A DNA stretch of 59,999 nucleotides, the filler included, from Sphacelaria rigidula (lineage: Eukaryota), in assembly GCA_964200075.2 (NCBI GenBank). It is 10 parts of 10 records of this genome, joined end to end, with 100 filler letters (N's around TTAATTAATTAA, not from the genome) between each part and the next. Parts side by side here need not be neighbours in the genome. Positions count along the whole stretch, not along the records: positions 1 to 5,911 come from CAXNAA020023558.1; positions 6,012 to 11,921 come from CAXNAA020023559.1; 8 more parts are not named here. One strand, 5' to 3'. Positions 1 to 9,057 of the stretch are shown piece after piece. A program made the translations under genes and the position numbers. The notes beneath the pieces are model-generated. The model did not search any database, had not been told where the DNA came from, and saw only the letters and a list, made by a program, of their open reading frames with translations. The first letter of the stretch is position 1; each line of letters begins with the position of its first letter.

Positions 1-401
1 AGAAAAAGGTTGATGGAATATTATGGCGCGTCTTCCTTGACCCCACCCCCCCCCCCCCTGGATACGGTATTGCCAATCTAGATCCCAAAAAAAAAAAATA
101 GAAACAATTACAGTACGGCCAATCTTAACCCCGAAAACTAGAGCTGGATCTCGCTTGAATTTCGGATTATCGAATCCTCATGAATTACTCCGCTTCGTTG
201 ATCGGGAGCGGGGATCAGCTGTGCGGCGGTGGGCAAATCAGTCTACCATCGGCTAGTTTGGGTCGGTTAGTGGGTTTGAATCGCGATGGGAATGGTGTAT
301 AGTTTGGATTCCCGTCGTGAAAAGTGTGTGGCAGTACTGATCAGTCATGATCCAATGTACGACAACGTTCTACCAGGTGGGTATCGTGGGGGGGAGGGGC
401 T

Positions 402-549
402 GGGGTTCTCATTTGTTGCTTGCCTTAGTCGTTCGACTTTTGACCACGCATCCCTTTCGAGACGAAGCAGGGGAAGGGGGGGGTACTCATGTATTGCTTG
501 TTTTAGTCGTTTGACCATTGACCACGCATCCCTTTCGGGACGGAGCACC
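402..549 (-). mobile_element. Two head-to-tail copies of the ~70-nt C-tailed dispersed module (retroposon-like 3' end)
   Basis: Minus strand reads CGTC(C/T)CGAAAGGGATGCGTGGTCAA..GTC..ACGACTAA..CAAGCAA...ATGAG(T/A)ACCCC twice. Other copies at ~5845-5911, 12160-12240, 23870-23941, 30052-30150, 32520-32610, 33600-33680, 35455-35510, 55895-55980. Confidence 0.8.
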
Positions 550-1721
550 GTTCCTACTCCTAATAAACACACCTCCAACATTTCGGTGTCTCTATAGGAG
601 TAGGAACGGTGCTCCCACTCCTGACAGGGGGAAATATGTGTCAAGCGTTTGAGACGACGGACCAGGGCTGAGGGAGGGGACGGGAAGGGGTGAACAGTAT
701 GACGAGTCTCCCCCCCCCAAAAGCCAGGGTGCACTCTCAAGAACCAAGTATCTTTAAAGCACATGGAGGGAGAGGAGGTGGGGGGCGGGGGGGGAAGAAG
801 GAAGGAACAAATTCGATACGCTTGGAGAAGAGAGGGGGGCATGCGACCGACGCAGCGAGGCAAGTGGGTACTCAAACGTGCGGATGACGTTGCAGGTGCG
901 CTCGCTCGCGGATCACCAACAAAAATCCGATTTGCGTGCGTAACTGGTGGTGGAAACAATGGAAAGTAAAATATACCACTCAAACGCGGTTGGTTCATTT
1001 TCTCATCAGTGTACTTACTGACCGGGCCTTGCTCCTCATACGATCTTTCTCTATGAAGTCCTGGTGACGTTTTGTCCGGTCCTCTTTTCCTGGAGCCGTT
1101 ATTCGGTGTTTAGCCTTACGTGGATGTTAGTGTAGAATGTTCGTATTTCCCTTCCTTCTGTGTTGCCCCTTTTGGCGAGATTCCTGTGAAGCAAGGATCC
1201 CCCGTTTTTGCATCTTGGATGCGTCTACATGTTGTGACGACGTGGGGACAATTCACCGATCAACCTATAATTATATCAATCGAATCAATCAGATCACGTA
1301 TATGTTCGGGTATCGACAATAAATTTCCGATTATTCGCGGGCAACTTGGCTCCCGTACACGTGCAAGTAGTATTCACATTAGCAAACAGGATATATATAT
1401 ATATATATGTATGGCATCGCAGGAAGTTGCATATACGTTGAGCAACGGTTCACACTGAACACTCAGAACAACAACAAAAATAGGGGATCCGGAGCACTCC
1501 CAAATCCTCCCGTACGATGAATGCATTCAGGACATGTTCTTCCTGGCAAACACAAGCCCACGGGACCAAAAAGATGAAAAATACGTGCAAGAGATATCTT
1601 GGGGGCAATCAAGCACGTGTACGTAGTGTTTGACTGCAGGGTAATAATCACTGAACGGTTACACTTCGTGACTGACCGATCTTGTCCCCCACAGTCTCGG
1701 TGTAACGGTAACTGAACCAGC

Positions 1722-2060
1722 AGATCTGAAGAAATGTTCGTACACAACGGTTGACAGGGGATGATGACTCCTTGATTTTAGACTTGAGAAAGTCCTGATC
1801 AAATTTATGGTTTGGGACAGGTGAGCAGCGGACCCAAGTCGTCCAGAACGTGATTTCGTCACAATCAGCGCCTGTGGCGACGATTTCAGGTCTGCCAACG
1901 CACAATTCGTCAAGGGAATCTGTGCACCCTCTTTGCCCGAGGGTTTCGTGCGCCGTGAGTCGGGGTTAGGGTTCAAGGTTTTAGTGTTAGTGTTAGTGTT
2001 AGTTTGTAACATCCCATGATGTTTCCCATCAACCAGTATGTACGAACAATTCTTTAGGTC
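1722..2060. mobile_element. Non-autonomous element with ~22-bp inverted ends and internal TTAGGG/TTAGTG tract; related copies ~3495-3740 (inverted) and ~58730-58885
   Basis: GATCTGAAGAAATGTTCGTACA near 1723 is imperfectly inverted by TGTACGAACAATTCTTTAGGTC near 2039. The internal ...CCCGAGGGT.TCGT.CG..T.(G/A)GTCGGGGTTAG core recurs in the other two copies. Confidence 0.55.
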
Positions 2061-2496
2061 CCCTCGACTGAACGGCGTCCACTCTCACCCGTTGAACTAC
2101 AATTCCACGCTACACGCTACCAGGGAGATATGGGTTGATCCCTTGGGACCACGGAGTCGTCCCGAGGAAGCGGAAGGGGTGAGAACCGTGACTCATCAAA
2201 ACAACAACGAACAAAAAACGCCCTGTCTCCGCTTATACCCGTTCGAGTACCAACCGCCCATCTGTCTGTATTGGGAACACGCCAGGATTCGCGTCGGAAC
2301 ATTCAAGTCAAGACGATAACTTCATGAACTTAATCAACCAACTAACTCATCAATCGATCAAGCAACACAACACAACAGACAACCGACACCCAACCACTCA
2401 AATCAAAATATAGCAAGCATAAAAAGCAACACTAATCGAACAATCGACCATAAATCTAGACCAATCCATGGTGAGATGATTTTTTTTTCAACTCAC

Positions 2497-2673
2497 GATT
2501 TTGTCACGAAGAAGCGGCTTGATCTGCGAGTAGGTGACGGGCTCCAGATTGACGAAGACGTACTGCACCCCTTCCGGCTTCTCTCCCCCCTTTTCCTTGT
2601 CCCACTCCGGAAAGTCCTTTGCCCGATGCGTTCCTGCGTGGAACAATACCCCATCTGCATTGCCCAACTTTTC
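2497..2673 (-). CDS. Internal exon, probable alpha-1,3/4-fucosyltransferase (GT10)-like N-terminal region
   Basis: ttttctcag| acceptor and |gtgagt donor enclose 177 nt, stop-free: EKLGNADGVLFHAGTHRAKDFPEWDKEKGGEKPEGVQYVFVNLEPVTYSQIKPLLRDKI. This resembles the GT10 pattern ADAVLFH...P...Q.WVF.xxE(S)P. Family call is by motif recall only. Confidence 0.5.
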
Positions 2674-2707
2674 CTGAGAAAAACAAAACAAACATCGAAG
2701 ACAGTGA

Positions 2708-2853
<146 letters not shown>

Positions 2854-3209
2854 GATTCCACACTGTACGCAATACACTTTTTGACAATGTAATCTATAGT
2901 CACTATCCAGTGTGTGAACTGATCCCCGAGCAGCAACAGCAATCAACAAACAGCAATCAACAACAAACGAGAATCCACAGGCGACAAATGACGAGGGACA
3001 CACGCCAGAACAAGCGGACGAAACAGCGACAGCAACAGCAACAACACCACTCACGGCATCACAGAGCAGTAACGACACATACATTCTAAATGCACATGTA
3101 CTGGAATCCGTTGCTGTGGTGCACGCGTGCGTCTCTTGAAACCCATAAAAGGAGGGTCCCCAGCAACACTCACACGATACACACCAGGATTATTAACTTC
3201 TACCGTAGT

Positions 3210-3438
3210 GCATGCATACCGAAATCATCAGCATGCTTGATCTACGAAATGATTTTCTTCTTCCTTCTACTAGGATGCACACAAACCAAAGTAAGCATAC
3301 TTGATCCACACAACGATTCGTTTTCTCCTCCTCCTAAAAGTGCGCACATAACAAAATCAGCATACTTGATCTACACACAATCTGTTTTTTTCCTTCTCCT
3401 CAAGTGCGGACATACCAAAATCAGCATACTTGATCTAC
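3210..3438. repeat. ~64-bp tandem minisatellite, left part
   Basis: Units CTACTAAAGTGCGCACATACCAAAATCAGCATACTTGATCT..AAAATGATTTG; same unit as 4900-5495. Confidence 0.85.
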
Positions 3439-3442
3439 TAGC

Positions 3443-4899
3443 TAGAGCTCGGAAATGGGACCACTTATAACTGGCCATTATCATCATGATGGTCATAACC
3501 CTAATCCTACCTAACCTAACCCCGACCCAAGGAGTACGAGACCCTCGGGCAAAGGGAGCGCATAGGTTTCCCTAGGCAAACTGTCCGTCGGCAGACGTCA
3601 AACCGACGCTACAGGCGCCGATTTCGACAAAAATATGTTCTGGACCAGCTGGGTCCACTGTTCACCTGCCCTGAACCATGCATTTTCTCAGAACTTTTTT
3701 CAGTCTAAAATCAAGTAGTCTTGCCGTCAACCATGGATATACGCCCCCAAAGGTGTAGGTCTACTGCCAGCGGGGCCAGCAGAAACAGCAAGCAAAAACG
3801 GTCGCTATTCCGGCCAGCTGTGCTCAATGCGAGCGGCTTTTACCCGTCGCTGGGCAGACAATCACCAAAAAGCGAGCCTGTCTTTCCAGCGACAACGTTG
3901 AGCTTCTGGTCTTCTTGCGGGCGGTGTGGCCTACACTAGACGCATGGGCTGCGCAGAAAAAACACGTGCCACAGGCGGTGTTCTGTGTTCTGGCTAGTAG
4001 TAATAGGGTCAGTACTACACGCTGACGTCATGAGACTTTATGGAAGTATTATCTCCTGTTTGACTTCGTGGTCAGGATTTCTTACAAGTACCTCGGAGTA
4101 TTGCTTTCCTCCTTGTAGTGTGTCTTATTTCGGGTTATCTCTTAGACCGGCGCCGCCGCTAGTTTTTTTGTCCAATATAGCACTGCGTTTCATTGATCTT
4201 GCCTTTGTCTTCTCTTGTTCCGTTTTCATTTGTTTCTTCTCTTTTGTTCCGGATTCATTCGTCCCATGACCACGGCTGGGTACGCAGCGAATCAGTGAAT
4301 AAATGTTAGGAAATAAAAAAATCAGTCAACTGTGTGCACATCTTGTACATCTACGCTTGTGCACCGTGCCACCGTCTTCCGACACCAACTCAGCAATCGC
4401 TAACTAACTGCCTTCTTGCCGAAGAATTTTCCCGCTGTCGACTTCAGGCGGTGCAAAGCACACTCATGGTGCTATATCACGTTGCCTGTCTCAAGCTTGC
4501 GGCCAGCCTTCACCATCGATGGCTCGCACTTCAGTTCAATTTTTTTCCGATCGATAATAAAAGAGACCAGAAACGACGGTTCAATTTTTTCCGATAAATA
4601 GTGAATGGGCTACTTTTATTCATCGAAATTTGAAGCAAAGTGCGCTATGGTCGCTATGGTTTTGCCCTTCAAAATCGGCCCAAATTTGACGTACGTTTTT
4701 GGCTCTAGTGAAGCCAAATCACGTAAAAACGTGCCTCCGGCACGGCGCCTCCAGCGGGGCCCCCTCTGTCGGGGGGGAGGGCGGGGGCTTTTTGGCTCGC
4801 GACGTCGCCTCTCGCTGCTCGCTGCCGTGCCGCTCGATGACCAAACCATCATGTACCATTTGACTGGTTACTGGTTAGACGAAACATTTCGGAGCTCTA
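3443..4899. mobile_element. Non-autonomous hAT-like element inserted in the 64-bp array
   Basis: TIRs TAGAGCTCGGAAATG (3443) and CATTTCGGAGCTCTA (ends 4899), 14/15 match. Near-TSD TGATCTAC (3431-3438) vs GGATCTAC (4900-4907), with 4 extra nt on the left. Confidence 0.65.
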
Positions 4900-5495
4900 G
4901 GATCTACACAATGATCGGTTTTTTCTTCTACTAAAGTGCGCACGTACCAAAATCACCATACTTGATCTGCAAAATGATTTGCTTTTCCCCTTTACTAAAG
5001 CGTGCACAGACCAAGTTAGCATACTTGATCTGCAAAATGATTTGCTTATCGCTTCTACTAAAGTGCGCACGTACCAAAATCATTATACTTGATCTGCAAA
5101 ATGATTTGCCTCTTTCTTCTCTACTAAAGCGTGCACATACCAAAATCACCATATTTGATCTGCGAAACGATGTGCTTTTTCCTTCTACTGAAGTGCGCAC
5201 ATTCCAAAATCACCATACTTGGTAAATGAAGCGATTTGCCTCTTTCTCATTATTACAGTGCATATACCAAAATTAGCATACTTGATCTGCAAATGATTTG
5301 CCTCTTTCTTCTACTAAAGTGTGCACATACCAAAATTACCACACGTGATCCGCAAAATGATTTGCTTCTTCCTTCTACTAAAGTGCGCACATACCAAATT
5401 CACCATACTCGGTAAATAAAGCGATTTACTTCCTTCTCATCACTACAGTGCACATACCAAAAAATCAGCAGATTTGATCCACAAAAAGGATTTGC
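4900..5495. repeat. ~64-bp tandem minisatellite, right part (~9 units)
   Basis: GATC anchor at 4964, 5027, 5091, 5157, giving periods of 63-66. Confidence 0.92.
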
Positions 5496-5512
5496 TCGGT
5501 AGTAACACGTAC

Positions 5513-5843
5513 GGCCCTCAAGCTACAGTAGACATCGTTCTTGATTACAGCCAAAACAAATATAATTGCTCTTAAGCTTGTTACCAAGTAGGGTACTGAC
5601 AAGCGTTGGTACATGATCCAGTTCTTTCTGTTCTTAGCTATCTTCCAGGGGGGGGGGATAGTTTACCTACAAAAGGACTTTTTCAGTAATTAAAGTTTGG
5701 CCCTTCAACTACAGTACGCACCGTTCTTGATTGCAGCCAAAGCAGATGTACTTGTTCGTAAGCCCTTTACCAAGTAGGGTACCGAGAAGCGTTGATAAAA
5801 GACCCAGTTTTTCTGTTCTTAGGAATTTTCCAGTGGGGAGGAG
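5513..5843. repeat. Diverged ~186-bp tandem duplication
   Basis: GGCCCT..CTACAGTA..CA.CGTTCTTGATT.CAGCCAAA...TTACCAAGTAGGGTAC occurs at ~5513 and ~5699. Confidence 0.8.
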
Positions 5844-5911
5844 GGGGGTGTAGTCATAATTCATGCATGCCGTAGTCATATGACCATTGACCTCGCATCC
5901 CTACAAGGCCG

Positions 5912-6011
5912 NNNNNNNNNNNNNNNNNNNNNNNNNNNNNNNNNNNNNNNNNNNNTTAATTAATTAANNNNNNNNNNNNNNNNNNNNNNNNNNNNNNNNN
6001 NNNNNNNNNNN
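5912..6011. other. Artificial contig-joining spacer (N44-TTAATTAATTAA-N44); identical spacers at 11922-12021, 17932-18031, 23942-24041, 29952-30051, 35962-36061, 41972-42071, 47982-48081, 53991-54090
   Basis: Exactly 100 nt each with a six-frame-stop core. Flanking segments are 5911, 5910 (x7) and 5909 (x2) nt, consistent with length-sorted contigs. Confidence 0.98.
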
Positions 6012-6085
6012 CCACCCGGCGCACACACCCCTTGTTCGTGGCGAAGCAGACAACGTCGCATTATTCAACCACAGACAGATACTCT

Positions 6086-6116
<31 letters not shown>

Positions 6117-6589
6117 TTCCAAAATTTGGCCTTAGCGGGGTACATCAAACGAGAGGGATCGGCAGATAGCCTGAAAAGGCTACAAACCTCTCAATCCATG
6201 GCTAACCAGTGCATATTTTATGAGGGAGAGGTCGATTCGGCAAGCATCAGTGTACAGTGTACACGGCTAGCGCAGGCAAGCGACAAAAATTCGACTACTA
6301 GAGGTTCAGGCTCTCGCGGTATCTACTACCGAGGTTATGAGCACAATGTTGGCCTCAAATAACGACTTTCAGTAAGTGCTGCTAGCATGTGCAAGGATAT
6401 TGCGCTGGGTTTCGAACAGCGTGAGTTATCCGCGATCGTGTCGGTGAAGGGCAGAATAGAGCATTAGCTTTTCGATTTTTTACAAACACCGATATCTGGT
6501 GTTGGTGCTCTGAAGAGACATCTATTGCCAGTTTGTATGCTGTTTGAGTCGGAGTTCATTAAGGGCGTACCTTCGAAGAGTCTCTACAC

Positions 6590-6860
6590 ACATTGATGAT
6601 TGATTGATTGTCGCACTTTAATTGACCTCCCAGGGGTCCAGCCGTGGTCGCATGATAGACGTACCCAAGACAATACAAAACCGAAACACTCGCTGAAGAA
6701 AAAGAAGGAACAGAAAAAGTCGAACAGAACGACACAGTAGACGACGACGTAATAAAAAAGAATAAAAATCAAGGAAAGCACGGGAAGAAATGGTCGGTCT
6801 ACAACAAAAAAAAAACAAGAAAAGAAAAGAGCAAAAAAGAAAAGAAAAGAACGAAAACAC
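6590..6860 (-). mobile_element. Retroposon (SINE/LINE) 3' end with (CAAT)n tail; related copies ~17540-17730 (+) and ~23570-23620 (+)
   Basis: Shared ACCACGGCTGGACCCCTGGG..GTCA.TTAAAGTGCGACAATCA.TCAAT terminus after a T-rich body. Confidence 0.6.
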
Positions 6861-7003
6861 ATGTGCCCGCCAATCATCATAGTAATTGTTAGTCTTGATC
6901 GAGTTCGTTGACTCCGCTGTGTCTCATTTTTTTCAGTGTGTAGTGACTCAGGTGACCTTATCGCCGGCGCAACACTGACAAGCACGCATATCTGTGAACG
7001 TTC

Positions 7004-7799
7004 CACACCCTGTACAACTACAAGCTGGGTCAGCCAACGATGGGTAGTTTTCTCGCTCAGGCGACGCACGGCGTAAAAGTAGGAGTTGGACGCTGAAATT
7101 TTGACGGGAGCTTATTATGATCGACATGCAAAATATCACGAGAGCAGCGAAGAAAAAAAAAAAGAAGAGGAAGTTATGGGGATTTGAAATTGCAGCAAAA
7201 CCAAGAAAATGTGAGAAGTCCAGGAAAAAAACGAGAATCTGCAGCTGCTCACGGGATGTATTATTTCCTTGGGTACAGAGGGTCTTCGTGAAATTTCAAC
7301 TCAAGAGTGGTCGAATTGGGCCGTGCGTGCAACGTTTTGCGTGACGCTGCTGCACCCCACATATACCCAGTGCGGGGTGACTGCTGACGTGAACCCACCG
7401 CATTGGCAAAAAAAAATACGCACTCCGACAGGCTATCGCCTAACGGTACAAGACCCACCCTGTACTCCATGCAGTAAAATAACGTCATCGGCAATACGAC
7501 GCCAATCGAACAGCGACGCAGTCCTTTGTCATCAGGTGGGTCTGCAGTTCACAGACAGTGATGTGTTTACATCGGGTTTATTCGGGAAACTGGGAAAGCT
7601 GAAGTGTGGGCAACTTTTAGCCGCTTTAGAGCTGACCCAGCTCGTAGCTGTTTCCAAACAATCACCAGGTACTTGGTCGACGGACAACCAACTGTTCAAC
7701 TGTTCAGAATCGTGCGAAACTAGTTGTTTAAAAACAACTAGCCGGTAGTTGGTCGACAAACAACTGACTTAGTTGTGAGTCATAGTTGTACAGGGTGTG
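7004..7799. mobile_element. ~800-bp non-autonomous TIR element with CAC termini
   Basis: Perfect 17-bp TIR CACACCCTGTACAACTA / TAGTTGTACAGGGTGTG; same family as 51151-51951. Confidence 0.8.
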
Positions 7800-8749
7800 A
7801 AACGTAAACGTTCTCACCTTTTTTCCCCCTTTGAGAGCATTTTTCTCTAGTTTTCGATTAACTAGACTCATCACAGTTACTGTCTGATTCCGGACTTAGT
7901 CTTAGGGAATTGAAGTAAACGATTCCGACATGAATAAAAGAAAACTTACGACCAATTTTATAGGACTTGCGGGCTAACCGGTCGTCCGGGGCCCCACGAG
8001 AGTTTAGTCCCAGATTCTCGCTCCATGACATTTTTGCTCAACGGCACCAATCCGGATCGTTATAAATAACACTTCCATGCTTACTATTTTGGAATTGCAG
8101 GTTTTCACTGCGCTCCAGCCGAAAAAAAAGTGTTATTGGCCCATACACATCCATAGACAAGGAGGCAATACGGTAAGGAAGGGGTCGATGGGTGCGATTG
8201 ATTTCCTTTTCTTTTTGGGACAAGAGTAAGATATAGGTAAATTAATTAATGGATTGATTAAAGATTGTTCGAGGATGGGTGGTTGGATTTTATGTTCTGG
8301 AGAAGGGAAAGTATATTAATTAATTAATTCAAGGTTGGTTGAGGATGGATGGTTGGATGGATTTTATTTTTCGGACAAGGGAAGGACAACATGGGGGGAA
8401 ATATCAAGATAATTTTGTGGGTGTGGGAGTTAGATGTGGGTGTTTTTTTGCTGTTTTTTTTGTGTTTGTTTTTCTAACGAGGGGAGGACAATATGTTCGA
8501 TAACGTTCGATCCCTTGATGGACAGGTTCGGGTTGTACTCCGCGTCGTTCGAACAACACAACAAACTGGGGAAAAAGGTGTCCTGACGACGGCCCGCTTC
8601 TTTTTCCGTCGCCTACCGATTCTCAAACTTTCGGATGCGTAGATAACAAATCGTCCGTGGAAAATCCCTATTTGGGGCGCAGATCCACTTTTTTTCAAGT
8701 GAGCACCCGTGCCGATTGAACATATGACCTATTATAGGAGCACCTTGAA

Positions 8750-9057
8750 CAACGTTTTTGTGAAATTGAGAGTAGATCGTTGATTGAGAGTGAATTTTAT
8801 CATTTACTTCAACTTAGCCAATTTTTTATTCCGCGTTTGATTTTCTTCGCCTCTACTGTCTATCACTGGCGTGTGCTTACAGCTACATGTCAATACCCTA
8901 CTCAGGGATATCAAGGGCCTCAGTAGGATGGTATTATACTACCGAAAAAATATCGGGCCTCGTGCAGGGGCATTTCGGAAATGAAACGATTCATTCACTA
9001 ATTGATCGCTTTTCACTCTCAATCGTATCCTCTTTTCTCATTCTCACGAAAACAGTG
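8750..9057. mobile_element. ~300-bp MITE; family copies at ~18790-19074 and a partial one at ~53757-53870
   Basis: Inverted ends GTTTTTGTGAAATTGAGAG / TCTCATTCTCACGAAAAC. Internal CTACTCAGGGATATCAAG...ATATCGGGCCTCGTG..GGGGCATTTCGGAA.TGAAACGATTCA is shared between copies. Confidence 0.75.

Noticed and set aside
345..998. 217-aa ORF with repeated RDAWSMVKRL
   Set aside because: It is a translation of the non-coding dispersed module; the same peptide appears in unrelated short ORFs with no conserved start or stop.
8316..8327. TTAATTAATTAA identical to the spacer core
   Set aside because: No flanking Ns; it is part of a natural AT-rich ~75-bp tandem repeat.
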